NCBI GenBank assembly: GCA_020720785.1
Contig: DYOA01000001.1
Location: 195 to 64,194 of the forward strand
Source: Leptospira biflexa
GTDB taxonomy: Bacteria; Spirochaetota; Leptospiria; Turneriellales; DYLW01
Direction of reading: 5' to 3'
DNA length: 64,000 nt
In this document: positions 49,070 through 57,537 of the stretch, in pieces
Numbering within the stretch: position 1 is the stretch's first letter
How the letters are laid out: every line of letters starts with the position of its first letter
The notes under the pieces: generated by a model
Told to the model about the DNA's origin: nothing
The model's input: the letters and a program-made list of their open reading frames with translations, nothing else
Databases searched by the model: none
Position numbers and translations under genes: made by a program

Positions 49070-51502
49070 ATGTCTGATGAAAAAAAGAGCGAATGGCTCA
49101 CCGGCATGGCAATTGCCTCTTATGTGCTTCTCTTCGTGGGAATAGTGACCTGGATATTGTCCGTGGTATTAAATCCCAAAATAACCGAAAACTGGGCAGA
49201 TATCATTCTGTTGTTTATGACCTTGGGGGTATTTGGGTTTTTCTATGGGGTGTATCTGGTATTGGTGCAGGTCAATTTTCTGGGTATGGACAAAAAGAAT
49301 ACCATGGGAATGTTTCTGGCTATTGTCGTGGGCATTGTGTTTATCCTGACGCACCGGTATCTGAACATTCTGGAGCCCATTGAAAGCTTTGGAAAAGATC
49401 TTCGCTTCCGCCTCGCCTCCGGTCAGGTTTTGGCGGTGGACTATGCCAATGATCCCCGGGTTTCCACCACCGTGTTCAGCCCGCGTGCCCATCCGGCCAT
49501 AGAAATCATTGGCATTGATAATAATACGGTCAATCAGTACCAAGGATATCCCTTTTCTTGGGAAAAATACGCAAATCTGCTGAAAGCTCTGGATGGGTCC
49601 AAAGTGTCCACCATTATGTTTGATATTTTCTTTGTGGATGAGGTGAAGAACAACTATGGACTTTTGAATCTGTCCGATGAAATCCGCTACCAGATTCTGG
49701 ATTCCCTGTATAACAATAAGAGAAGAAATATAGCCATATCCTATGCGGACATGGTGCGGGCCACATCCCTTTTTTCGGAAACGGTGAAGAAAAGTAAGAA
49801 GGTGGTCGTGGACTACAGCTTTGAGACCATGCCTCCCAATGACATCGACTATTTTAACCAGGTGATCATGCCCCGTATCCAGGAGCTGGACAGATACCGG
49901 ATCAACAATGTGGTGGAAACAGAATACAACTCGTATCCGGAGTGGACCAGCCATCCTGAGCCGCCCATGCAGTCCATTGGCAAGGCGGTTATGGGCATGG
50001 GGTTTGCGAATATCCGTCTGGAAGGCGATGGCATGAACCGCAAAATGCCTCTGGTAATTAAATGGAAGAATAATATTTATCCCAATATTGACCTCATGAT
50101 GGCGGCCAATTATTTTGAAATTGATATTTCCAAAGATGTGGAAGTCAAACTGGGTGAATACATCAAAATAAAAAACATTCCAAAGAAAACAGTAAAATTT
50201 GAAATATGGAAAGACGGAGAGCTGGAAACCATTGAACGGGATATCATGACCAAACCCAATCCGGAAAGGGTGATCACCATTCCCATCGATGAGGAAGGAT
50301 TCATGAATATTAATTTCATCGGGCCTCCCACCCAGACATTCCGTTCCCAGTCCTTCATCAATATTGCGGATGCTCCGGCCGGGGAATTTGGAAAAGAGGG
50401 GAGGGATCCTTTTATCAATAAAATTCTTCTAGTGGCGATGTATTATGCCACCGGGGTTGCAAAAGACGTACACCAGAGCCCCTTTGGTCCCACCGCCGGG
50501 ATTGAGCACCACGCGAATGCCCTCAATACCATCCTGAACCAGGATTACATTTATTTTGCTCCGGAGTGGCTGAATTATATCATTTATCTGCTGCTTGCGG
50601 TGGCTCTGGGCTATATTGTCCCGCGCTATAACATTAAATTTGTTATCATCTGGGTGGTGGTTTTTGCGGTGGCGTTTACAGCGGAAGCCATTATGGTGTT
50701 TATAACCATGCAGTATATGCATGTCTTTTTCTCCCTGTTCATGGAAGCTTTGGTTTCTCTGATTGCGATCATTGGGTACAAGATTTTAACAGAAGAGGAA
50801 AATGTAAAATATATCCGGTCCACTTTCTCCAAGTTTGTTTCCAAAGACGTGGTGAACCAGCTTCTGGCTCATCCGGATGCTCTGAAGCTGGGGGGGGAGA
50901 AAAAGACCATCACGGTTTTCTTCTCTGACATCCGTGGGTTTACCACCATATCGGAAAGCCTGAGCCCGGAAAGCCTGGTGAACCTGCTGAATGATTACCT
51001 ATCTGAAATGACAGAAATTGTCCTTGAGTACAAAGGTACCGTGGACAAGTATATGGGAGATGCCATCATGGCTTTCTGGGGGGCACCTCTGCCGATGGAA
51101 GAACACGCATATACGGCCTGCCTTGCCTCTTTGAAACAACTGGAGTCTCTGAATAATCTTCAGGAAAAATGGAAAGACCAGAAGCTTCCCATTATTAACA
51201 TCGGTATTGGTTTGAATACAGGGGATGCCGTTGTGGGGAATATGGGTTCCACGCACCGGATGGATTATACCGTGATGGGGGATACCGTTAACCTGGGCTC
51301 TCGTTTGGAAGGAACCAATAAGGTGTATGGAACCCGGATCATCATTTCCGAGTATACCTACGAATATGTAAAGGATAAAATCATAGCCAGAGAGCTGGAT
51401 TTAATAAAAGTAAAAGGGAAGAATGAACCGGTACGTATCTATGAACTCCTGGATATTATCAATCAGGAAGATTTTGAACGGTACCGGGCTGTGGATCTTT
51501 AA
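49070..51502 (+). CDS. CHASE2-sensor class III adenylate/guanylate cyclase
   Basis: TM-CHASE2-TM architecture, then cyclase core (TVFFSDIRGFTTISE, GDAIMAFWGAP, GLNTGDAVVGNMGS, YTVMGDTVNLGSRLE). Met 49070 is preferred. Confidence 0.85.
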   Translation: MSDEKKSEWLTGMAIASYVLLFVGIVTWILSVVLNPKITENWADIILLFMTLGVFGFFYGVYLVLVQVNFLGMDKKNTMGMFLAIVVGIVFILTHRYLNILEPIESFGKDLRFRLASGQVLAVDYANDPRVSTTVFSPRAHPAIEIIGIDNNTVNQYQGYPFSWEKYANLLKALDGSKVSTIMFDIFFVDEVKNNYGLLNLSDEIRYQILDSLYNNKRRNIAISYADMVRATSLFSETVKKSKKVVVDYSFETMPPNDIDYFNQVIMPRIQELDRYRINNVVETEYNSYPEWTSHPEPPMQSIGKAVMGMGFANIRLEGDGMNRKMPLVIKWKNNIYPNIDLMMAANYFEIDISKDVEVKLGEYIKIKNIPKKTVKFEIWKDGELETIERDIMTKPNPERVITIPIDEEGFMNINFIGPPTQTFRSQSFINIADAPAGEFGKEGRDPFINKILLVAMYYATGVAKDVHQSPFGPTAGIEHHANALNTILNQDYIYFAPEWLNYIIYLLLAVALGYIVPRYNIKFVIIWVVVFAVAFTAEAIMVFITMQYMHVFFSLFMEALVSLIAIIGYKILTEEENVKYIRSTFSKFVSKDVVNQLLAHPDALKLGGEKKTITVFFSDIRGFTTISESLSPESLVNLLNDYLSEMTEIVLEYKGTVDKYMGDAIMAFWGAPLPMEEHAYTACLASLKQLESLNNLQEKWKDQKLPIINIGIGLNTGDAVVGNMGSTHRMDYTVMGDTVNLGSRLEGTNKVYGTRIIISEYTYEYVKDKIIARELDLIKVKGKNEPVRIYELLDIINQEDFERYRAVDL

Positions 51503-51505
51503 TTT

Positions 51506-51742
51506 TCAATAAGCAAAGATATCGGCGGAAGATATGTCATTGAATGTGATGTTCATCAATTTTCCGCCATGGGTCAGTGATATTTTATTCTCATCCACAT
51601 GAAGGAGGTTATTATCCACTGTGACAATTTCACCGCTCTTTAGCTGGAGTTCAATTTCCAGGCCCCGGTGTTTAAGATAACTCTGGAGGGTTTTTTTAAA
51701 GGGGATTTCTTCTCTCTGGATCAGATCATTTTTTCTTTTCAT
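51506..51742 (-). CDS. Hypothetical 78-aa protein
   Basis: AGGAG SD 7 nt upstream. Lies downstream of and co-oriented with the radical SAM gene. No family recognised. Confidence 0.4.
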   Translation of the reverse strand: MKRKNDLIQREEIPFKKTLQSYLKHRGLEIELQLKSGEIVTVDNNLLHVDENKISLTHGGKLMNITFNDISSADIFAY

Positions 51743-51768
51743 GGGGGGACTCCTGCCGTTGGTTTTTT

Positions 51769-51780
51769 ATGTGACATAAT
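51769..51780 (-). repeat. 12-mer family copy f (ATTATGTCACAT on minus strand), 26 nt upstream of the 78-aa ORF
   Basis: 12/12 identical to copy a. Embedded in the near-palindrome TTATGTcACATAA. Confidence 0.6.
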
Positions 51781-51854
51781 TATTATCGCCCATTTACAGA
51801 TATTTTTTAGAAAAATAGATAAAACAGTAAATTTTTTCTGTGATTATTCAAGTT

Positions 51855-52853
51855 TCAAAGATGGATGTCCGAGATTTCCATTCCACAATCCGGGCATTTT
51901 TTTGTGTCCCTGAATCCGGTGTCTATTTTTATCTGATAAATATGTCTTGTGATCAGGGTTTTCCCGCAACGGGGGCAGAGGAGATTATTTTCGGATTGGA
52001 TATTGCCTGTGTACACATGATTCAACCCGGCGTCTCTGGCCACTTTTTGAAAATGGGTTAGGACATCGGGGGAAGTGGCAGGAAATTCCAGCATTTTAAA
52101 ATCCGGATGGAATGCAGACAAATGCAACGGGATGGATGGGGAAAGATTCCGGGAAATCCAGGCGGCAATATCCCGTATTTCCTCATCAGAATCATTGACT
52201 CCCGGAATGACCAGAGTGGTGATCTCCAGGGCGATTTTTCTCGAGTAAACATATTGAATGGTATCCAGCACTGTCCGGAGTGACCCGCTGGCGAATTTTC
52301 TGTATTTTTCTTCCCGGAAGAATTTTAAATCAATATTGGTGGCGTCCACATCCTGAAAAAAAGTGTCATAGTATTTTGGGGAGATATACCCATTGGTCAC
52401 CAGCACATTTCTTATCCCGTTGTGCCGTGCCAAAGAAAAGGTATCCTGGACAAACTCCATAGCGATGATGGGTTCATTATAGGTAAAGGCAATCATGGGA
52501 ATTTTTTCATGATTTGCCAGGGAAACAATGAATTCAGGATTCATTTTCTTTTTATAAAAAGAATTCAAGGCTGAAGCTTGGCCTTTATCCGGATGGGCAA
52601 TGGAATGATTCTGGCAGAATCGGCAGTACAGATTGCATCCCTGCATTCCAATGGACAGGATTTTCTTTCCCGGCAGAAAATGATATAGAGGTTTTTTTTC
52701 CACCGGGTCAATCTGGATGGAAGTGATATAGCCATAGTCTGTTAAAACAATTTTTCCGCCTTCGTTTTTTCGTATCCGGCAAAAACCAGCCTGGCCGTCC
52801 TTTAACCGGCAATTTCGGGGACACAGATCGCAGGTTATTTTATTTTCCGCCAT
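51855..52853 (-). CDS. amrS: AmmeMemoRadiSam system radical SAM enzyme
   Basis: CDLCPRNCRL..GFC N-terminus, DPVEKKPLYHFLPG, and radical SAM CNLYCRFCQN. Confidence 0.85.
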   Translation of the reverse strand: MAENKITCDLCPRNCRLKDGQAGFCRIRKNEGGKIVLTDYGYITSIQIDPVEKKPLYHFLPGKKILSIGMQGCNLYCRFCQNHSIAHPDKGQASALNSFYKKKMNPEFIVSLANHEKIPMIAFTYNEPIIAMEFVQDTFSLARHNGIRNVLVTNGYISPKYYDTFFQDVDATNIDLKFFREEKYRKFASGSLRTVLDTIQYVYSRKIALEITTLVIPGVNDSDEEIRDIAAWISRNLSPSIPLHLSAFHPDFKMLEFPATSPDVLTHFQKVARDAGLNHVYTGNIQSENNLLCPRCGKTLITRHIYQIKIDTGFRDTKKCPDCGMEISDIHL

Positions 52854-52874
52854 TTACCACCACCAAAAATCGAT

Positions 52875-52902
52875 TTGACGGGGAGAAGATGGTTTATACA
52901 AT
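52875..52902 (+). promoter_or_regulatory. Sigma70-like promoter TTGACG-N16-TACAAT ending 6 nt before the amrB ATG (leaderless-type)
   Basis: Hexamers read directly. Only AAATAT separates the -10 from the ATG at 52909, and there is no SD. Confidence 0.4.
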
Positions 52903-52908
52903 AAATAT

Positions 52909-53739
52909 ATGGCGGAAAAATTATTTTTTCCCAGGGTGGCGGGCAGTTTTTATCCGGAAAACCACGTTGATCTAAGGAAATCACTGGAAAAGATGGAAAA
53001 ACTGGCCGTTTCCATGCCGTTTCCTCCGGATGTTTTACCGCACGGGATTATAGTTCCACACGCAGGTTATATGTACTCCGGGCAGGTTGCCCTGAATATC
53101 TATCTGGGAATTGCACGGGAATGGGGAGTATGGCTGGAGGATGCCCTCTTTGTGGTGGTGGCTCCCTCGCACTGGGTGGGTTTTTCCGGGATTTCTGTCT
53201 TAACGGAGGATGCGTATCAAATTCCGGGTGGCAGGATTTCCATCGACCCGGTGGCCGTGGATGCCATGCTCAGGCAGAACCATGCCACCCCATACAAGCC
53301 GGCATTTGAAAAGGAGCACGCTCTGGAAGTCCAGCTTCCCTTTATTCATAGATACTTTCCGGTGGTTAAAATTCTGCCTCTGGTGACGGGGGAGGTTGCT
53401 TCGGAAAAACTCAAGGAAATATTTTCTTTTGTGGATAAACAATTCCGGAGTATTTTTATCCTGAGCAGTGACATGAGTCATTTTCTGGACGATGATTCCG
53501 CCCGCCGGAAAGACCGTGAAACCGCCCTGTCCATAACGTCCCTGACCCCGGAAAATCTGGATTCTCAATCTGCCTGCGGACGGACGGGCATCTCCGGTTT
53601 TCTTCTCCTGGCAAGAGAAAACGGCTGGAAGGGGATCCAGACAGAGTACCGGAATTCCGGGGAAGTGACCGGGGATTATTCCCGGGTGGTGGGTTATGGA
53701 TCCTTTCTTTTTTACGAGGATAACAATGACAGAAAATGA
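52909..53739 (+). CDS. amrB: AmmeMemoRadiSam system protein B (MEMO1 family)
   Basis: IVPHAGYMYSG, HALEVQLPF and SSDMSH motifs of the MEMO family. Confidence 0.85.
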   Translation: MAEKLFFPRVAGSFYPENHVDLRKSLEKMEKLAVSMPFPPDVLPHGIIVPHAGYMYSGQVALNIYLGIAREWGVWLEDALFVVVAPSHWVGFSGISVLTEDAYQIPGGRISIDPVAVDAMLRQNHATPYKPAFEKEHALEVQLPFIHRYFPVVKILPLVTGEVASEKLKEIFSFVDKQFRSIFILSSDMSHFLDDDSARRKDRETALSITSLTPENLDSQSACGRTGISGFLLLARENGWKGIQTEYRNSGEVTGDYSRVVGYGSFLFYEDNNDRK

Positions 53740-54328
53740 ATATAAAACAAATAGCTATTCCCGCGAAGAAAAAGCATTGATTCTGGAGACTGCCGCAAAG
53801 TCCATCCGTTATTTCTGGGAGCATAAAAAAGAGTTGTCTGTGGACCCGGAAGATTTTCCCCCCGCACTGCGGGAAAAACGAGCGGCTTTTGTGACCTTGA
53901 AGAAAAGAGCGGATTTACGTGGTTGCATTGGCAGCATTGTCGCCACCCGTCCCCTCATTTCCGATGTAGCTCACAATGCCCATGCCGCCGCTTTCCTGGA
54001 TTCCCGTTTCCTGCCCTTAACACCGGTAGAATGGTCGGATTTACATCTATCTGTTTCTGTGCTCACGGAGCCGGTGCCCATTTCTTTTTCCGATGAGGAT
54101 TCTTTCTATGCACAACTTGTACCCGGAAGAGATGGCCTCATTCTGCGTGACGGTTCCCGTTCCGCTACATTCCTCCCATCCGTGTGGGAATCCCTGCCGG
54201 AACCCCGGAGTTTTATCCGTCATCTCAAAAGGAAAGCCGGTATTCCGGAGGATAAACCCATGGAAAGGATCACCGTTTTGCGTTATTTTGCTCTGGAAAT
54301 TTCCCCGGAAGACCCTGCGGATGCATAA
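53726..54328 (+). CDS. amrA: AmmeMemoRadiSam system protein A (AMMECR1 domain)
   Basis: AMMECR1 signature LRGCIGS and ...ATFLPSVWE... Overlaps the amrB stop. Confidence 0.85.
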   Translation: MTENEYKTNSYSREEKALILETAAKSIRYFWEHKKELSVDPEDFPPALREKRAAFVTLKKRADLRGCIGSIVATRPLISDVAHNAHAAAFLDSRFLPLTPVEWSDLHLSVSVLTEPVPISFSDEDSFYAQLVPGRDGLILRDGSRSATFLPSVWESLPEPRSFIRHLKRKAGIPEDKPMERITVLRYFALEISPEDPADA

Positions 54329-55094
54329 AAAAATGTTTCCTCTGGCAAAGGATATCTCCCAGGCAAATCCGCTGCTTTCCGGGGGGCGGGTGGTTCTGGT
54401 CTCCGGAGGGCCTTCGCTGGATTATCTGGAGGAAAATATCCGGGATTGGGTGCAGACCGATTATTCCTTTGTGCTGGCGGATGTCATTGCCGCGTTATTC
54501 ATTAAAAGATGGAATCCAAGGAAAAGAATCATTTTTTCAGTGGAAAGCAGACGGCATTCTTATCTGTCAATGTTGGATTCCGGGGAGAATATAGCGTTTT
54601 ACCGTAATGCCCATCCGGGCAACCTGCCCGCAAAACCATCCAATGTTTTTGCATTCTGCATGGATTTTGATCCGGACTGCGGTTTCACCCGGCTCCGCTC
54701 TCCGGGGACAGTCACCGGTGCTGCCCTTTTCTGGATTCTGGATGTTTTTCAGAATAGAATGCCGGTAGCCAATGCGTATATTCTGGAGTTGGCGGGCATG
54801 GACCTGTCGTTTCCGGATACCCAGTATTTCAACCGCTATGCATATCCCAGGGCGGCCTTTGCCACCTCGTATCTGGCCAGAATGGAAACAAGGGAAATGG
54901 ACATGGTTCTAGCGAAAGCCGATTACGCATTCTTCAAAGAGGGATTTGCTGTAAAAACAAGCATGGAATTCCACAAAACCAAAAATAACATGGAACATCT
55001 GATCCAATCGGTAAGAAATAATATCCGGATATATAATAACACCCCTTTGGGTCTGGAGCATCCATTAATTCACCCTTTTAGAATGAGACAATAA
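54321..55094 (+). CDS. DUF115/MptE-like (Maf-type) protein
   Basis: VVLVSGGPSLD resembles the G-x-GPS-L motif of DUF115 proteins. The ATG overlaps the amrA stop (ATGCATAA). The track start at 54093 would overlap amrA by 236 nt. Confidence 0.45.
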   Translation: MHKKMFPLAKDISQANPLLSGGRVVLVSGGPSLDYLEENIRDWVQTDYSFVLADVIAALFIKRWNPRKRIIFSVESRRHSYLSMLDSGENIAFYRNAHPGNLPAKPSNVFAFCMDFDPDCGFTRLRSPGTVTGAALFWILDVFQNRMPVANAYILELAGMDLSFPDTQYFNRYAYPRAAFATSYLARMETREMDMVLAKADYAFFKEGFAVKTSMEFHKTKNNMEHLIQSVRNNIRIYNNTPLGLEHPLIHPFRMRQ

Positions 55095-55098
55095 AGTA

Positions 55099-55125
55099 TC
55101 AATTATTTGGCCCATCAGCCGATAC
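55099..55125 (+). promoter_or_regulatory. Sigma28 (FliA)-like promoter candidate TCAA-N15-GCCGATAC before flbD
   Basis: 7/8 match to GCCGATAA and 3/4 to TAAA at the canonical 15-nt spacing. The -10 ends 8 nt before the flbD ATG, with no SD. Confidence 0.4.
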
Positions 55126-55133
55126 CACAAATA

Positions 55134-55334
55134 ATGATAAAAGTGACGCGGCTCAATAAAACAGAGCTTTTTATTAATCCCAATCTCATTGAGATCATGG
55201 AAGAGACTCCAAATACAGTGATAACATTAACCAATGAAAAAAAATATATTGTTTTGGAAAAAACCTCCGAAATTGTAAACAGTATAATCGAGTTTAACCG
55301 TATGATTTTTTTAAATAAAACCAGAATAGAGTAA
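55134..55334 (+). CDS. flbD: Flagellar protein FlbD
   Basis: MIKVTRLNKTELFINPNLIEIMEETPNTVITL is the typical FlbD N-terminus. Lies upstream of motA. Confidence 0.8.
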   Translation: MIKVTRLNKTELFINPNLIEIMEETPNTVITLTNEKKYIVLEKTSEIVNSIIEFNRMIFLNKTRIE

Positions 55335-55337
55335 ATT

Positions 55338-56123
55338 ATGGATATAGCATCTTTAGGTGGAACCATTCTTGCGGTCGTCGCGGTTGTTTTTGGTGTTATT
55401 ATGACCGGATTGACAGCCGGGCAGATTATTGACATCCCGTCTGTTTTCATTACCCTCTTCGGTTCATTATCTGCGGTGGTTATTTCCAATCCCATTGATA
55501 GAACCAAGCGAGCCTGGTCACTTTACAGGATGATTTTTTCCCAGACATCCTATGATTCCTTGAAGAAAATCCAGGAGATCGTCAGTTTTTCAGAAAAAGC
55601 CAGACGGGATGGCCTTCTGGCTCTGGAAGATGATATGGATAAACTGGATGATCCGTTCATGCGGAAAGCCCTCCAGCTCATTGTGGACGGAACCGATCCC
55701 GATGTGGTAAGAAACGTAATGGAAATTGACCTTTCCGCTATGGAAAGTCGGCATGGGGAAAACCGGGACTGGTTTGCCGTGTTGGGAGATATGGGTCCGG
55801 CGTTTGGGATGATTGGAACGCTCATTGGTCTGGTGGGGATGCTGGGAAACATGGGGGGAGACAGTGCCGCCATTGGACGTGGTATGGCTGCCGCACTTAT
55901 TACCACTTTATATGGATCCCTTCTTGCCAATATTGTTGCCATCCCGGTGGTAAACAAGCTAAAGGCTAGGACTTCCGAAGAGGTTGTGGTCAAATCCATC
56001 ATGCTGGAAGGTGCCCTGTCCATCCAGGCAGGGGAAAATCCACGGATCGTGGAGGAAAAACTCTCCAGTTATCTGGATCCCAAGAAAAGGGTGGAATTAA
56101 AGCAACAGCAGGATGAGGATTAA
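55338..56123 (+). CDS. motA: Flagellar stator protein MotA
   Basis: 4-TM MotA/TolQ/ExbB family; AAALITTLYGSLLANIVAIPVVNKL. Confidence 0.9.
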   Translation: MDIASLGGTILAVVAVVFGVIMTGLTAGQIIDIPSVFITLFGSLSAVVISNPIDRTKRAWSLYRMIFSQTSYDSLKKIQEIVSFSEKARRDGLLALEDDMDKLDDPFMRKALQLIVDGTDPDVVRNVMEIDLSAMESRHGENRDWFAVLGDMGPAFGMIGTLIGLVGMLGNMGGDSAAIGRGMAAALITTLYGSLLANIVAIPVVNKLKARTSEEVVVKSIMLEGALSIQAGENPRIVEEKLSSYLDPKKRVELKQQQDED

Positions 56124-56911
56124 TGGCCAAAAAAAAATGTCCGGACTGTCCCAAATGTCTGCCGGCGTTTATGGCAACCTATGGAGATATGGTGACACTT
56201 CTTCTGACCTTCTTTGTGATGCTGTTTACCACAGCGGCGATTCCGGGTCAGGAATTGCGTCTTCTTATGACAGCCTTCACCGGTTCATTGGGAATATTTG
56301 AGGGCGGACAGACATTATCCAAGGGAGATCTGGAAGAAATGGGGATGAATCTATCCTCACTCCCGGCAACAGAGAAAGGCTCCGCTCTTGCTAAATCATA
56401 CCAGATTGCCAGCGAAATTTTTAAACCAGAAATCAAGACCAAACAATTGAAACTCCAGCAGGACGAAAGAGGGCTCGTTATCAGTCTGATTGGGAATGAT
56501 CATTTCCCCCCCGGATCCGCCCGCCTTACGGAAACCGCAAAAAATACCCTAGTAAAAGTGGGGACACTCCTTCCGCAGTTGAATTCCATGGTAAGGATAG
56601 AAGGCCATGCCGATGAAAGCCCATTGGCCACCAACCAGGGTTCGGAATATTATGAAACAAACTGGGAACTGTCATCCCAGCGGGCTGTTAATGTTCTGCG
56701 GTTTCTGCATGAAAGCGAAAATGTTGAACCGGGTATGATGTCCGCAGTGGCCTATGGAAAATACCGCCCCATCACGGAGTCCCAAACCCCGGAAGGACGG
56801 GCCATCAACCGCCGTGTGGATATTGTGGTGCTGAGTCAGAATAAGTACAAAAGGAACTATCCGGATAAAGAGCTTCCCGGCGAAAAAGTACCACAGGCCG
56901 AATGGCATTGA
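56123..56911 (+). CDS. motB: Flagellar stator protein MotB
   Basis: TM with conserved Asp (ATYGDMVTLLLTFF) and OmpA-like C-terminus (RIEGHAD...NWELSSQRA). TAATG overlap with motA. Confidence 0.9.
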   Translation: MAKKKCPDCPKCLPAFMATYGDMVTLLLTFFVMLFTTAAIPGQELRLLMTAFTGSLGIFEGGQTLSKGDLEEMGMNLSSLPATEKGSALAKSYQIASEIFKPEIKTKQLKLQQDERGLVISLIGNDHFPPGSARLTETAKNTLVKVGTLLPQLNSMVRIEGHADESPLATNQGSEYYETNWELSSQRAVNVLRFLHESENVEPGMMSAVAYGKYRPITESQTPEGRAINRRVDIVVLSQNKYKRNYPDKELPGEKVPQAEWH

Positions 56912-56930
56912 CAGTGATATTATGTCACAA
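56908..56930 (+). repeat. Degenerate composite repeat copy d: TTGACAGTGAT-ATTATGTCACAA
   Basis: 11/12 match to the 12-mer, preceded by a degraded half-palindrome. Starts at the motB stop codon. Confidence 0.5.
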
Positions 56931-56937
56931 AAATGCT

Positions 56938-56964
56938 TAAAGCGACTTTGCATTCATACGATAA
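56938..56964 (+). promoter_or_regulatory. Sigma28 (FliA)-like promoter candidate TAAA-N15-TACGATAA before fliL
   Basis: Exact TAAA, exact 15-nt spacer, CGATAA core. GGGAGGAAA SD and the ATG follow about 30 nt downstream. Confidence 0.5.
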
Positions 56965-56993
56965 TATAGTATATTTGAATTGGGAGGAAAACC

Positions 56994-57527
56994 ATGGGTG
57001 ATGATGAAGATATTCAGGAAGACTCGGAAGAGGAGGTGCTCGCCGGTGCCCCGGTTTCCGGAGGACGCTCAAAGCTGATCACGATACTCATGTGGGTAGC
57101 CGGTGTGATCATTGGCGTTTTGCTGATGTTTGTCATTTCCTATCTGGTGGCAAAAAAGGTGAAATCCGATGCTTTTAAAGAGGAGCAGAACATTGTCATT
57201 GCACCGGCCCCGCCTCCTTTGGGAACTTTTGCTTTTGCAAAAGAGTTCCGGGTCAATACATCGGACGTGGATGAAGCACACTATATTCAGATGACCCTGG
57301 CCTTTGGGTTCAAAATAGATAATAAAGCACTGGAAAAAGAATTATTTGACCGCCAGACTCAAATGATGCATATAATCAATATAATTCTGGGCGGCAAGAA
57401 AAAAGAAGAATTGCAGACTCCCCTGCAGAAATTAAATCTGGCGGAAGAAATTAAATCCCAGATTAATATGATTTTAAGCGAAGGGAAAATTGAAGAAGTG
57501 TATTTTCAGGAAATTGTGATCAGTTAA
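56994..57527 (+). CDS. fliL: Flagellar basal-body-associated protein FliL
   Basis: Single N-terminal TM, FliL-like core (FRVNTSD...YIQMTLAF...), in motB-fliL-switch gene order. Confidence 0.8.
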   Translation: MGDDEDIQEDSEEEVLAGAPVSGGRSKLITILMWVAGVIIGVLLMFVISYLVAKKVKSDAFKEEQNIVIAPAPPPLGTFAFAKEFRVNTSDVDEAHYIQMTLAFGFKIDNKALEKELFDRQTQMMHIINIILGGKKKEELQTPLQKLNLAEEIKSQINMILSEGKIEEVYFQEIVIS

Positions 57528-57537
57528 CGGAGGAATT

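Noticed and set aside
54093-54320. Long N-terminal extension of the DUF115 ORF that overlaps amrA.
   Set aside because: It overlaps AMMECR1 by 236 nt in another frame. The ATG at 54321 overlapping the amrA stop gives a typical coupled start.
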